64,000 nucleotides of DNA from Alphaproteobacteria bacterium (GTDB lineage Bacteria > Pseudomonadota > Alphaproteobacteria > Bin95): positions 32,001 through 96,000 of the forward strand of contig OZ224045.1 in NCBI GenBank assembly GCA_963665325.3. Direction: 5' to 3'. A program made the translations under genes and the position numbers. Below are positions 1 through 12,354 of this stretch, one piece after another (the stretch's first letter is position 1; every line of letters starts with the position of its first letter). Under the pieces are notes generated by a model. That model saw only the letters and a program-made list of their open reading frames with translations, was not told where the DNA came from and did not search any database.

Positions 1-1177
1 CATGGCGGTTCTCGTGCATCAATTGGTGTGCGTGGCCGAGATCGTCGAAGTCGAACACCTCCGAGAGGCACGGGTCGACCTTGCCGTCGATGACCAGCCG
101 GTTCACCGCCGCAGCCTGCTCGTCATTGGACAGGTGGCTGCCCTGGAAGCGCTTCTGCCGCATCCAGTGGTAGCGAAGGTCCAGGGTCACATTGTAGCCG
201 GTGGTGCCGGCGCAGATGACGATCATGCCGCCGGTGTCGCAGACGAACTCGGAGGTCGGCAGGGTCGCTTCACCCGGATGTTCGAACACGATCTTCGGGC
301 TCGCTCGCTCACCGAGCGCCTCCCAGATCGCCCCTCCGAAAGCGCGGGCTCCTTTGGCCCACGCGCCGTAGGCGGCGCCGTCGGTCGTGTCCGGCATCGG
401 CCCCCAATGGTCGAAGGCGGTGCGGTTGATGACGCCGACCGCACCCATTTCCATGCACCAGTCCCGCTTGGCGTCGTCCGAGACGACGGCAACCGGCCGG
501 CCGCCGAGCGCCGCGGTGATCTGGAGCGCCATGGCGCCCAGGCCGCCCGATGCGCCCCACACCAGTACGGCGTCGCCCGGTTCGATGACATGCGGCGGCC
601 AGCCCATAAGCATCCGGTAGGCGGTCGAGGCGCAGAGCAGGTAGCAGCCGGACTGCTCCCAGGTCAGGTGCTTCGGGCGGGGCTGGCACTGGTGCGCCTG
701 CGCCTTCGCGAACTGGCAGTAGGAGCCGTAATTGGTCTGGTATCCCCAGATGCGGGTCGAGTTCGCAAGCATCGGGTCCTTGCCGGAGAGCACCCACGGG
801 TCGTCCGGCTCCCACCAGCCGGAATGGATCACCACCTCGTCGCCTGGCCTGACGTTCGTGACCTCCGAGCCGACAGCCTGGACGATGCCGGAGCAGTCGC
901 TGCCGCCGGCATGGAAATCTTCCGGCTCGCCCTTGCGCATCCGCTCCTTGATGACGTCAATCGGGTAGCCGAGAGCCGCCCAGACATTGTTGTAGTTGAT
1001 GCCCGTCGCCATGACATAGACGAGCACCTCGTCGGGTTTGAGGTCAGGAACCGGGATGACCTCATGCTGCCAGGCGTCCTTCGGTTCCCCGAACCGGTCC
1101 TGGCGCACGAGGAAGGCATGCATCGTCGCGGGCACTTCGCCGAGCGGCGGCTGTTCGCCCAAAGCGCAGAGTTCCAT
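1..1177 (-). CDS. ccr: Crotonyl-CoA carboxylase/reductase (3' end runs off the window)
   Basis: Hand translation of the minus strand from ATG 1177 (AAGGAG RBS upstream): [32 protein letters not shown]...[21 protein letters not shown]...[12 protein letters not shown], the Ccr signature. Absent from the ORF track because there is no stop within the window. Confidence 0.92.
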   Translation of the reverse strand, partial: MELCALGEQPPLGEVPATMHAFLVRQDRFGEPKDAWQHEVIPVPDLKPDEVLVYVMATGINYNNVWAALGYPIDVIKERMRKGEPEDFHAGGSDCSGIVQAVGSEVTNVRPGDEVVIHSGWWEPDDPWVLSGKDPMLANSTRIWGYQTNYGSYCQFAKAQAHQCQPRPKHLTWEQSGCYLLCASTAYRMLMGWPPHVIEPGDAVLVWGASGGLGAMALQITAALGGRPVAVVSDDAKRDWCMEMGAVGVINRTAFDHWGPMPDTTDGAAYGAWAKGARAFGGAIWEALGERASPKIVFEHPGEATLPTSEFVCDTGGMIVICAGTTGYNVTLDLRYHWMRQKRFQGSHLSNDEQAAAVNRLVIDGKVDPCLSEVFDFDDLGHAHQLMHENRH

Positions 1178-1648
1178 CGGGCCGGCTCCTTCATCGTTTC
1201 GCGTCGGCAGCGATACGCTCTAGGCGGTTGCCGACCGGAATTCAATTCCCGCCCTGTACCCGCGCCGCCGCAGGGGTAGTCGCGAGATGTCATGAAATCT
1301 CATGTCTTGTCCTGCGCGGGTCATGACCGGCTCTCCGCCGGCCCCGCCAACGCCCCGGTCCGCCTGTGTCCTGCAGGTCCTTCCTCAGTCGCGTTTCGTT
1401 CCATTTGCGACGCTCCGGGTCCGCGGTGGAGCGGGAGCCGAAGCGGCTTCGGGCTACCGCTTTCCCGACCCATCTTGCCGCAGGTTCTCAGGGGTGTAGC
1501 TATTTGTAGGAAATAAATCAAATTCAATGAACGAATTTCCATCGCCGGGCGGATAAACAGGGCTTCACCGGTGTCAAGGCTCCGCCGGCTTCCGCCGCTG
1601 CCGCCGAGGTGCTATCCATCCGGCCCCAGCGGAAGTGGAGGGATCGTC

Positions 1649-3559
1649 ATGGCCGGAGCATATGAAACCGCGTTCCGCCGCTCGCTCGACGAGCGCGAGG
1701 CGTTCTGGGCGGAAGCCGCCGCCGCCTTGCACTGGTACAAGGCTCCGACGCAAATACTGGATACCGAGGCCACCCCCGCCGGGCGCTGGTTCGTGGACGG
1801 CGTGACCAACACCTGCTTCAACGCCCTCGACCGGCACGTGGAGGCGGGGCGCGGCGAGCAGGCCGCAATGATCTACGACAGCCCGGTGACCGACACGGTC
1901 CGCTCCTTCACCTACCGCGAATTGCGGGACGCCGTGGCGGCCTTCGCCGGCGCGCTCAAGAGCCGTGGCATCGGTAAGGGCGACCGGGTCGTCATCTACA
2001 TGCCGATGATCCCCGAGACGGCGATCGCCATGCTCGCCTGCGCCAGGCTGGGCGCGGTGCATTCCGTGGTCTTCGGCGGGTTCGCCTCCAATGAACTCGC
2101 GGTCCGCATCGACGACAGCACCTGCAAGGCCGTGGTCGCCGCCTCCTGCGGCATCGAGCCGGGACGCGTGGTGGAATACAAGCCGCTGCTCGACGGCGCC
2201 ATCGATCTGGCCGAGCACAAGCCCGACTTCTGCGTCGTCTTCCAGCGGCCCGAGTGCGAGGCGTCGATGGTCGAGGGGCGCGATGTCGACTGGGTCGAGG
2301 CCGTCGCTGAAGCCGAGCCGGCGGATTGCGTGCCGGTAAGCGCGCTCGACCCCCTTTATATCCTCTACACCTCCGGCACGACCGGCCAGCCGAAGGGCGT
2401 GGTGCGCGACAATGGCGGCCACATGGTGGTGCTGCACTGGACCATGAAGAACGTCTATGGCGTCGAGCCGGGCGAGGTGTTCTGGGCCGCGTCCGATGTC
2501 GGTTGGGTCGTCGGCCATTCCTACATCGTCTATGCGCCGCTGCTGGCCGGCAACACGGCCATCCTGTTCGAAGGCAAGCCGGTCGGCACGCCGGATGCAG
2601 GCGTCTATTGGCGCATCATCGAGCAGCACAAGGTCGCCGCGCTGTTCACCGCCCCGACCGCCTTCCGCGCCATCCGCCGGGACGACCCCGAGGCGAAGCT
2701 GCTTCAGGGGCGCGACCTCACGCATTTCCGGACGCTCTTCCTCGCGGGCGAACGCAGCGACCCGGACACGTTGAAATGGGCCGAAGATATTCTGGACCGC
2801 CCGGTGATCGACCATTGGTGGCAGACGGAGACCGGCTGGCCCATGTGCGCGAATTGCATTGGCATCGAGCTCCTGCCCGTCAAACACGGTTCGCCGACGC
2901 GCCCCGTGCCGGGCTGGGACCTGCGCGTGGTGGACGACGGCAACAACGAGGTACCTGCGGAGACCATCGGGGCGCTGGTGGTGAAGACGCCTATGCCCCC
3001 GGGTTCCTTCCCGACGCTCTGGAACGCCCATGAGCGCTATCTGGACACCTATTTCACCGAGTTCCCCGGCTACTACAAGACGGCCGATGCAGGCTACATC
3101 GACAAGGACGGCTACGCCTACATCATGGCGCGGACCGACGACATCATTAACGTCGCCGGCCACCGGCTCTCGACCGGGGCGATGGAAGAGGTGCTGGCCG
3201 CGCACAACGATGTCGCGGAGTGCGCCGTCATCGGAGTTGCGGACCAGTTGAAAGGCCAGATTCCGGTTGGTTTTCTGGTGCTCAAGGCAGGGGTCAACCG
3301 GCCCTTGAGCGAGATCGAGACCGAGGTCGTCGCCATGGTGCGCCGTCGGATCGGCCCGGTCGCGGCATTCAAGACGGCCGTCGTGGTCGACCGCCTGCCG
3401 AAGACGCGCTCCGGCAAGATCCTCCGCGGTACGATGCAGAAGGTGGCCGACCGGGAAACCTGGAAAATGCCGGCGACCATCGACGACCCCGAAATCATGG
3501 CGGAGATCGAGGCCGCGCTGAAACAGGCCGGCTATGCCGGCGGCGCGCCGGCGCCGTAA
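1649..3559 (+). CDS. prpE: Propionyl-CoA synthetase (acyl-CoA synthetase family)
   Basis: [17 protein letters not shown]-binding motif, [10 protein letters not shown] and [11 protein letters not shown]; GGAGG RBS before ATG 1649. Confidence 0.88.
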   Translation: MAGAYETAFRRSLDEREAFWAEAAAALHWYKAPTQILDTEATPAGRWFVDGVTNTCFNALDRHVEAGRGEQAAMIYDSPVTDTVRSFTYRELRDAVAAFAGALKSRGIGKGDRVVIYMPMIPETAIAMLACARLGAVHSVVFGGFASNELAVRIDDSTCKAVVAASCGIEPGRVVEYKPLLDGAIDLAEHKPDFCVVFQRPECEASMVEGRDVDWVEAVAEAEPADCVPVSALDPLYILYTSGTTGQPKGVVRDNGGHMVVLHWTMKNVYGVEPGEVFWAASDVGWVVGHSYIVYAPLLAGNTAILFEGKPVGTPDAGVYWRIIEQHKVAALFTAPTAFRAIRRDDPEAKLLQGRDLTHFRTLFLAGERSDPDTLKWAEDILDRPVIDHWWQTETGWPMCANCIGIELLPVKHGSPTRPVPGWDLRVVDDGNNEVPAETIGALVVKTPMPPGSFPTLWNAHERYLDTYFTEFPGYYKTADAGYIDKDGYAYIMARTDDIINVAGHRLSTGAMEEVLAAHNDVAECAVIGVADQLKGQIPVGFLVLKAGVNRPLSEIETEVVAMVRRRIGPVAAFKTAVVVDRLPKTRSGKILRGTMQKVADRETWKMPATIDDPEIMAEIEAALKQAGYAGGAPAP

Positions 3560-3611
3560 TACCCGTCTGCTCTCCTTTGCTGCCCGAACCCGAACTCGAA
3601 AGAACGCCCCG

Positions 3612-4805
3612 ATGCCAGATTCGATGAAACAGAAGCGCGCCGCATTCGTCTGGGAAGATCCGTTCCTGCTGGGCGATCAGCTCGACGAGGACGAACGGCT
3701 GGTCAGCGAGACGGCGCGGCGCTTCGTTGCCGACACTCTCGCGCCGGGCGTGCGCGACGCCAACCGCAATGAGACTTTCGACCCTGCCCTGATGAAAGCT
3801 TACGGAGAGGCCGGGTTCCTTGGCGTCGGCCTCGATGGCTATGGCTGCCCCGGCGGCAGTGCCGTCATGTACGGCCTGGTCGCGCGCGAGGTGGAGCGTT
3901 GCGACAGCTCGTATCGCTCGGCGATGAGCGTGCAGTCCTCGCTGGTCATGTTTCCGATCCACACCTACGGCACGGAAGCGCAGAAGGAGAAATACCTTCC
4001 GAAACTGGCCTCCGGGGAATGGATCGGCGCCTTCGGCCTGACCGAGCCGGACCACGGCTCCGATGCCGGCGGGCTGACCACGAGGGCCCGCAAGGTCCCC
4101 GGCGGCTATCGCCTGACCGGCGCGAAGATGTGGATCACGCAGGCCAATATCGCCGACGTGTTCGTGATCTGGGCGAAGGACGACGAGGATGTCATACGCG
4201 GCTTCGTGCTGGAGCGCGGCATGGAGGGCCTGACGACCGCGAAGATCGAGGGCAAGTTCTCCCTGCGCGCCTGGCCCACGGGCGAGATCGCGATGGACGA
4301 TGTCTTCGTTCCCGAAGAGAACAAATTTCCCCACGCACGGGGCCTCGGCGGGCCGTTCGGCTGCCTCAACAAGGCGCGCTACGGCATCGCCTGGGGGTCG
4401 ATGGGATCGGCCGAGTTCTGCTGGCACGCGGCCCGGCAATACACGCTCGACCGCCATGCCTTCGGCCGTCCGCTGGCGCAGACCCAGCTGATCCAGAAGA
4501 AGCTCGCCGACATGCAGACGGAGATTGCGCTCGGGCTCCAGGGCGCGCTTCGCGTTGGGCGGTTGATGGACGAGGGCAGGGTGGCGCCGGAGATGATTTC
4601 GCTGGTCAAGCGCAACAATTGCGGCAAGGCGCTCGATATCGCCCGGGTCGCCCGCGACATGCACGGCGGCAACGGCGTCAGCGACGAGTACCATGTCGTG
4701 CGCCACTCGATGAATCTGGAGGCCGTCAACACCTATGAGGGAACGCACGACGTGCATGCGCTGATCCTCGGCCGCGCCCAGACCGGCCTCCAGGCGTTCT
4801 CGTGA
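3612..4805 (+). CDS. gcdH: Glutaryl-CoA dehydrogenase (acyl-CoA dehydrogenase)
   Basis: [53 protein letters not shown]. Confidence 0.88.
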   Translation: MPDSMKQKRAAFVWEDPFLLGDQLDEDERLVSETARRFVADTLAPGVRDANRNETFDPALMKAYGEAGFLGVGLDGYGCPGGSAVMYGLVAREVERCDSSYRSAMSVQSSLVMFPIHTYGTEAQKEKYLPKLASGEWIGAFGLTEPDHGSDAGGLTTRARKVPGGYRLTGAKMWITQANIADVFVIWAKDDEDVIRGFVLERGMEGLTTAKIEGKFSLRAWPTGEIAMDDVFVPEENKFPHARGLGGPFGCLNKARYGIAWGSMGSAEFCWHAARQYTLDRHAFGRPLAQTQLIQKKLADMQTEIALGLQGALRVGRLMDEGRVAPEMISLVKRNNCGKALDIARVARDMHGGNGVSDEYHVVRHSMNLEAVNTYEGTHDVHALILGRAQTGLQAFS

Positions 4806-4813
4806 GGCCGGCG

Positions 4814-5635
4814 ATGCCGACGCAGAGGGAAAAAGCCGAACGGTTCCGGGCCCTGCATGAGGGCGAGGGACCGTTCGTTGTCGCCAACCCGTTCGACGCC
4901 GGGTCGGCGAGAATCCTCGCCGCAATGGGCTTCGCGGCGCTCGCGACCACCAGCGGTGGGTTCGCCGGAACCATGGGGCGCCGGGACGGAGAGGTCACGC
5001 GGGACGAGGCGCTGGCCCATGCGCGGGCGGTGGTCGAAGCCGTGGACCTGCCGGTTTCCGCCGATTTCGAAAACGGGTTCGGCCACGAACCCGGCGAAGC
5101 GGCGCGGACCGTCGAACTGGCGATCGGGGCCGGGCTTGCCGGATGCTCTATCGAGGATGCGACTCTGGAGCCGGACGAACCGCTGTACGATATTGACAAG
5201 GCAGCGGCGCGGATAGCGGCATCTGCGGCTGCGGTGCATGCGACGGACATTCCGTTCGTCCTGACCGGACGGGCCGAAGGCTTCATGCGGGGCAGACCGG
5301 ACCTGGACGACGTCATCGCGCGTCTTCAGGCTTATGAAGCTGCGGGCGCCGATGTGCTCATGGCGCCGGCATTGCCCGACATGGCTGCGGTCACGAAGGT
5401 TTGCGCCTCGCTGACAAAGCCGTTCAGCTTCATGGCCGGGGTGCCGGGCCGGTCCTTCCCGGTCAAGGACCTGGCGGCGGCCGGGGTCCGCCGCATCTCC
5501 CTGGCGACCTCGCTCTACCGTACCGCCATGGGCAGCGTCGAGGCCGCCGCCCGGGAGGTGCGGGACAAGGGCACCTTCACCTATGTGGAAGACGCGATGC
5601 CGTCGAAGGACCTCGCCGACTATATGGGGCCGTAG
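4814..5635 (+). CDS. Isocitrate lyase/PEP mutase family protein
   Basis: NPFDAGSARIL, ATTSGG, PVSADFENGFG, GCSIED and YEAAGAD motifs. Confidence 0.85.
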   Translation: MPTQREKAERFRALHEGEGPFVVANPFDAGSARILAAMGFAALATTSGGFAGTMGRRDGEVTRDEALAHARAVVEAVDLPVSADFENGFGHEPGEAARTVELAIGAGLAGCSIEDATLEPDEPLYDIDKAAARIAASAAAVHATDIPFVLTGRAEGFMRGRPDLDDVIARLQAYEAAGADVLMAPALPDMAAVTKVCASLTKPFSFMAGVPGRSFPVKDLAAAGVRRISLATSLYRTAMGSVEAAAREVRDKGTFTYVEDAMPSKDLADYMGP

Positions 5636-5660
5636 CGCGCCCTGAAGTCTTCCGTTCGGC

Positions 5661-6113
5661 CTACAGGCGCTTGCGCATGTAAATGCGCGGGAAGCCGCGT
5701 TCGACCCGGCGCTCGACTTCTTCGTAGCCGTTGCGCAAATACATGGCGAAATTTTCCGTCATCAGTTCGTGGGTATAGAGGTCGATGCAATCGTATCCGA
5801 GCTGGCGCGCTTCCGCCTCGGCGTGGAGCATGAGGCTGCGACCGATCCCTTCGCCTTGCCTGGGCGGGAGGACGGCGACATTGTCGAGCAGGATGGTTCC
5901 CCGCTCTTCGATCAGGACAATCGCTCCGGCGATTTCGCCACCGCTGTCGATTACGAAGACCCGGCGGTCGCGGACGACCTGCCGGTAGTCGTCCAGCATG
6001 GGCCCGGGCGGTTCGCCCAGTCGCTCGACATAGTGCGAATAGGCTGCGTGAACGCACCGGGCGATTGCGGCAGCGTCGCCAGCGGTTGCAGGGCGGGGTC
6101 GCAGACCGTCCAT
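5661..6113 (-). CDS. GNAT family N-acetyltransferase
   Basis: C-terminal 150 aa of ORF 5661..7067 (MDGLRPRPATAGD...LDNVAVLPPRQGEGIGRSLM...ENFAMYLRNGY) carries the acetyl-CoA-binding QGxGxG motif. Confidence 0.85.
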   Translation of the reverse strand: MDGLRPRPATAGDAAAIARCVHAAYSHYVERLGEPPGPMLDDYRQVVRDRRVFVIDSGGEIAGAIVLIEERGTILLDNVAVLPPRQGEGIGRSLMLHAEAEARQLGYDCIDLYTHELMTENFAMYLRNGYEEVERRVERGFPRIYMRKRL

Positions 6114-6133
6114 CGGATTCGTCACGCCGTCCG

Positions 6134-8263
<2,130 letters not shown>

Positions 8264-8275
8264 CGGCGCGACCGG

Positions 8276-9274
8276 TCAGAGCCAGTCGGGGACGGGCAGG
8301 CCGGCTTCTTTCAGGAAGGCCGGGTTCCAGAGCTTCGCCGAGTAGCGCTGGCCGAGATCGCAAAGCAGGGTGACGACGGTGTGGCCGGGGCCGAGTTCCT
8401 TCGCCGCCCGGATCGCGCCTGCCACGTTGATGCCGCTGGAGAGCCCGACGCAGAACCCCTCATCCTTGAGCAGGTCGAAGACGATCGGCAGCGCCTCGGA
8501 GTCGGGTATCAGATACGGGAAATCGACCTCGAGGCCCTCCAGATTGGCCGTCACGCGCCCCTGGCCGATGCCCTCGCTGATTGAGCTGCCTTCCGACTTG
8601 AGCTCGCCGTTTGCGTACCATTCGTAGAGTGCGGCGCCCTGGGGGTCGGCAAGCGCAATCTTGATGTTCCGGTTGCGCTCAAGCAGGCCCATGGCCGTGC
8701 CGGCCAGCGTGCCGCCGGTGCCGACGGCAGAGACGAACGCATCCACCTTGCCGTCCGTCTGCGACCAGATTTCGGGCCCGGTGGTCTCGATATGGATCTG
8801 GCGGTTGGCGACATTGTCGAACTGGTTGGCCCAGATGGCGCCTTGCTTGTGCGTTGCTGCAAGCTCTTCCGCCAATCGACCGGAAACATGGACATAATTG
8901 CCTGGGTCGCGATAGGGCACGGCAGGCACCTCGCGCAGGTCGGCGCCGCAAAGCCGCAGCATCTGCTTCTTTTCTTCCGCTTGCGTTTCCGGAATTACGA
9001 TAACAGTCCGGTAGCCGCGCGCATTGCCGACCAGCGCGAGCCCGATGCCGGTATTGCCGGCGGTCCCTTCGACGATGATGCCGCCGGGCTCCAACTGCCC
9101 TCTGGCCTCGGCATCGCGGATGATGCCGAGCGCCGCCCGGTCCTTCACCGACCCGCCCGGATTGAGGAACTCCAGTTTGGCGAGCACCTCGCAGCCGGTG
9201 AGCTCGGAGGCTTTCCGGAGACGCACCAGCGGCGTATTGCCGATGGTGTCAATGAAGCCGTCGCGAATGTTCAT
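8276..9274 (-). CDS. cysK: Cysteine synthase (O-acetylserine sulfhydrylase)
   Basis: IGNTPLV, KLEFLNPGGSVKDR (PLP lysine), GTGGT, EGIG. Confidence 0.93.
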   Translation of the reverse strand: MNIRDGFIDTIGNTPLVRLRKASELTGCEVLAKLEFLNPGGSVKDRAALGIIRDAEARGQLEPGGIIVEGTAGNTGIGLALVGNARGYRTVIVIPETQAEEKKQMLRLCGADLREVPAVPYRDPGNYVHVSGRLAEELAATHKQGAIWANQFDNVANRQIHIETTGPEIWSQTDGKVDAFVSAVGTGGTLAGTAMGLLERNRNIKIALADPQGAALYEWYANGELKSEGSSISEGIGQGRVTANLEGLEVDFPYLIPDSEALPIVFDLLKDEGFCVGLSSGINVAGAIRAAKELGPGHTVVTLLCDLGQRYSAKLWNPAFLKEAGLPVPDWL

Positions 9275-9282
9275 GGTTCCTT

Positions 9283-9549
9283 AGCCCGGATTTCTCACCA
9301 ATGTCATGGCCTGCGCGGCGCTGTCGGGCCGGCAGGGTAGGAAAGACGCGTAGCGCGATGCCGGGCATCGGGCAAGCGACTTGACGCCCCCTGCCGGCCC
9401 GACAGCGCCGCCCTTCGGGTCGCGTCCAGCCGTTCGCCCACTGCGGCGCGGGCCTCAAGCGTAGGCTCCGCTACGCTTTTCGGCCCGCTCCTTGCCGATC
9501 GAACGCCTGGACGCGACGCAGGCCGTGACCTTGGTGGGAAATCGGGGCT
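9283..9549. repeat. Branched palindromic element (MITE/ERIC-like): 32-bp imperfect terminal IR enclosing two long hairpin arms
   Basis: 9283-9314 pairs with 9518-9549 (2 mismatches, 2 G-T). Perfect 23-bp IR at 9315-9337/9389-9411. Perfect 11-bp IR at 9419-9429/9507-9517 with further nested stems. Confidence 0.8.
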
Positions 9550-9617
9550 GGCCCTTGCCGCGCGCCGAGTGCAAGTCATATAAGCGGAATATCGGCGGCG
9601 AGGAAGGGCGCTCGGCG

Positions 9618-10325
9618 ATGGGCCTGCTGAAGGAGATCGACAGCTATATCGACCGCGACCCGGCGCTGCGCTCGCGCTTGGAAGTGGTTCTGGCCTATCC
9701 GGGCTTCCACGCGCTGATCTTCTACCGGATCGCCAACTGGCTCTGGCGCAAGCGCTTCTATCTCATTGGCCGGTTCGTCAGCCATCTGGGCCGAGGCTTC
9801 ACCGGCATCGAGATCCATCCGGGCGCGACCATCGGCCAGCGGCTTTTCATCGATCACGGCATGGGGGTCGTCATCGGTGAGACGGCGGAGCTCGGCAACG
9901 ATGTCACGCTCTACCAGGGAGTTACGCTTGGCACCACCTCGACCGCGAAGGGCAAGCGCCACCCGACGCTCGCTGACGGCGTGATCGTTGGGTCGGGCGC
10001 TCAGGTGCTGGGGCCGTTCACGGTGGGCGAGGGCGCGCGGATCGGTGCCAATGCGGTGGTTCTCAAGGCCGTGCCCGCCGGCGCAACCATGACGGGTATC
10101 CCGGCAAAGATGGCGCAGCCGCGAAGCCGCAGGCAGCCGGAGAGCTTCGTCGCCTACGGCACTCCCGAGGGCGTAACCAACCCCGACAGCCGTTCGATCC
10201 GCACGCTGGCCGAAACGGTGAAGCGGCTGGAGGCGCGGGTGGCCGAACTGGAGCGGGAACTCGACGAACGCGGCCGCGACGGCGAGAGCGAAGACCGTTC
10301 GCCGCGAATCGGCACTGCCGGTTAG
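9618..10325 (+). CDS. cysE: Serine O-acetyltransferase
   Basis: [37 protein letters not shown] and KRHPTL hexapeptide region. Confidence 0.95.
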   Translation: MGLLKEIDSYIDRDPALRSRLEVVLAYPGFHALIFYRIANWLWRKRFYLIGRFVSHLGRGFTGIEIHPGATIGQRLFIDHGMGVVIGETAELGNDVTLYQGVTLGTTSTAKGKRHPTLADGVIVGSGAQVLGPFTVGEGARIGANAVVLKAVPAGATMTGIPAKMAQPRSRRQPESFVAYGTPEGVTNPDSRSIRTLAETVKRLEARVAELERELDERGRDGESEDRSPRIGTAG

Positions 10326-10366
10326 CCCGCGCACAAATACTGTTATTCGAAAAGGAGAAGACCGTC

Positions 10367-10912
10367 ATGGCGCGTCTGCCCATGCCCGAAACCCTGAGCG
10401 AACGCCAGCGCGAGGTTCTCGACGCGATTTCCGCCGGTCCGCGCGGCGGGGCTCGCGGCCCCTTTGCCGCCCTGTTACGCAGTCCCGAGCTCTGCGAGCG
10501 GGCCCAGTTGCTGGGAGCGTTCTGCCGCTTCGGCACGAGCCTCGGTCCACGGCTCTCGGAGCTTGCCATCTTGGTGACGGCGCGGGAGTGGACTGCGCAA
10601 TACGAGTGGTATGCCCATGCGCGGCTCGCCCGCGAAGCCGGTTTGGACGGAGAGATTGTGGAGGCCATCAAGGCGCGGAGGCGTCCGGAGGGGATGGCGG
10701 CGGACGAGGCCGCGGTCTACGACCTGTCCACCGAACTCTATGCGACGAAGCGCGTGAGCGACGCCACCTATAACCGCGCTGTCGCGGCTCTGGGCGAAAC
10801 GGGTGTCGTCGAGACCGTCGGCGTCATGGGCTATTACTGCTTGGTCTCGATGGCGCTGAACGTCTCCGGCGTCGAACTCCCGGAGGGCGAGCCGGAGCCG
10901 CTCAGCCTGTAG
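10367..10912 (+). CDS. Carboxymuconolactone decarboxylase/AhpD-like family protein
   Basis: RGPFAALLRSPEL, ELAILVTAREW, YEWYAH, GYYCLVS; AAGGAG RBS. Confidence 0.82.
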   Translation: MARLPMPETLSERQREVLDAISAGPRGGARGPFAALLRSPELCERAQLLGAFCRFGTSLGPRLSELAILVTAREWTAQYEWYAHARLAREAGLDGEIVEAIKARRRPEGMAADEAAVYDLSTELYATKRVSDATYNRAVAALGETGVVETVGVMGYYCLVSMALNVSGVELPEGEPEPLSL

Positions 10913-10917
10913 CCGAT

Positions 10918-11445
10918 CTAGCCGCGGCGCCCGTGGCCGCGGTGTTTCAGCAGCCCGTCGAGCGCCTGGCGCTGTTCGTCGTTCAGCGTGGCATACCAGC
11001 CGTCGAAGGCGGGTCTGACATCGCTCAGGACCGCGGCCACCGTCTTGCTTGCGGCCTCCGCCAGTGCGAGCTTCGCTGGAAGCGTCTTCTCGGCCCGTAG
11101 CGCTTCGGTCTCCGCGCATGTCTCGCCGACCTTCTCGCCGCCCGCCCTGACAGTGTCCGTCAGGCGGTCCCAGGCGGCGCGCTGTTCCGGCGTGAACGCC
11201 ATGAAGGTCTCGGCGAAGGTGATCGCGGCCTCGATATGCTCGCCGCGCGCGTCGCTGCACAGCTTTTGCGCCATGTTGCCCTTGCGGCCGTGGCCGCCCC
11301 AGCCGTGGCGGTAGCCGGCGAGCGTGATCGCGGCCTGGCCGGTGGCCACGCCCTGGCGGATGTCGGGCGACACAGCCCAGGCGCCGACCGCACCCAGGCT
11401 TGCGAGGCCCAGCCCGCCGGCGATGAGGATGACCTTGAGTTTCAT
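10918..11445 (-). CDS. Spy/CpxP-like (LTXXQ) exported protein
   Basis: Signal-like N-terminus MKLKVILIAGGLGLASL, two LTxxQ-like motifs (FTPEQ, LNDEQ), divergent from a two-component pair. Confidence 0.72.
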   Translation of the reverse strand: MKLKVILIAGGLGLASLGAVGAWAVSPDIRQGVATGQAAITLAGYRHGWGGHGRKGNMAQKLCSDARGEHIEAAITFAETFMAFTPEQRAAWDRLTDTVRAGGEKVGETCAETEALRAEKTLPAKLALAEAASKTVAAVLSDVRPAFDGWYATLNDEQRQALDGLLKHRGHGRRG

Positions 11446-11631
11446 GGGATGTCCTTCCTTCGGTTCTGCCGGCCAACGTAGCCGGACTGCTCCGTGTATG
11501 GGGTCTCCAAGTAACGCGGCCATGTCCCGGCCGCCGGCATTTGGCAACGAAGCATTGCGGACGCCGGGCCCGTTACGCTTCGTTACAAGATTTCCTCCGG
11601 CTCGCCGTTTCGACCGCATAAACTCCGGTCC

Positions 11632-12354
11632 GTGAACAGCAGCCCGCATATCCTGGTGGTCGACGACGACCGTGAAATCCGCGACCTGCTCGCCCGGTTC
11701 CTGCGCAAGCACGGGTTCCGGGTGGAGACGGCCGCCGACGGCAAGGCAATGTTCCGCACCCTGTCGGCGGGGCGCTTCGATCTGGTGGTGCTCGACCTGA
11801 TGCTGCCGGGCGAAGACGGGCTCAGCCTCTGCCGCAGGGTCCGGGCGGAGTCCGACCTGCCGATCGTCATGCTCACGGCAATCGGGGAGGATACCGACCG
11901 CATCGTCGGGCTCGAGATGGGCGCAGACGACTATCTCGCCAAGCCGTTCAATCCGCGCGAGCTGCTGGCCCGCATCCGAGCCGTGCTGCGCCGCGCGCCG
12001 GAAATGCGCCAGCGGCCGGAGGCGGACCCATCCCGGACCTACCGCTTCCAGGGCTGGGTGCTGGATGCCGGTCGGCGCAGCCTCCACGCGCCCGACGGCG
12101 CGCTGGTGGACCTGACCGGTGGCGAGTTCGACCTGCTGCTGGCGCTCGTCGGGCATCCGGGCCGGGTGTTGAACCGAGACCAGCTTCTGGACCTCACCCG
12201 CGGGCGCGAAGCCGGGCCGTTCGACCGCAGCGTCGATGTCCAGGTGAGCCGCCTGCGCCGCAAGATCGAGGAAGACGCGAAGCAACCGGAGCTCATCAAG
12301 ACGGTGCGCGGCGGCGGCTATGTCTTTGCCGGCGCGGTGCAGGAAAGCCCGTGA
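11632..12354 (+). CDS. OmpR-family response regulator
   Basis: ILVVDDD, LDLMLPGEDG, GADDYLAKPF and winged-helix DRSVDVQVSRLRRKIE. Confidence 0.95.
   Translation: MNSSPHILVVDDDREIRDLLARFLRKHGFRVETAADGKAMFRTLSAGRFDLVVLDLMLPGEDGLSLCRRVRAESDLPIVMLTAIGEDTDRIVGLEMGADDYLAKPFNPRELLARIRAVLRRAPEMRQRPEADPSRTYRFQGWVLDAGRRSLHAPDGALVDLTGGEFDLLLALVGHPGRVLNRDQLLDLTRGREAGPFDRSVDVQVSRLRRKIEEDAKQPELIKTVRGGGYVFAGAVQESP

Noticed and set aside
2-1279. 425-aa plus-strand ORF and many other long antisense ORFs (e.g. 1574-3205, 24168-25883, 43138-44823, 61557-63998)
   Set aside because: Shadow frames opposite well-supported genes. They are expected in high-GC DNA and carry no recognisable motifs.
1360-1480. Possible cobalamin riboswitch upstream of ccr (minus-strand GGGAA..CGG..CCG..CCCGC and GACCTGC)
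   Set aside because: Lacks the conserved T-loop, the GCAACTGT segment and a proper B12 box; the resemblance is only partial.
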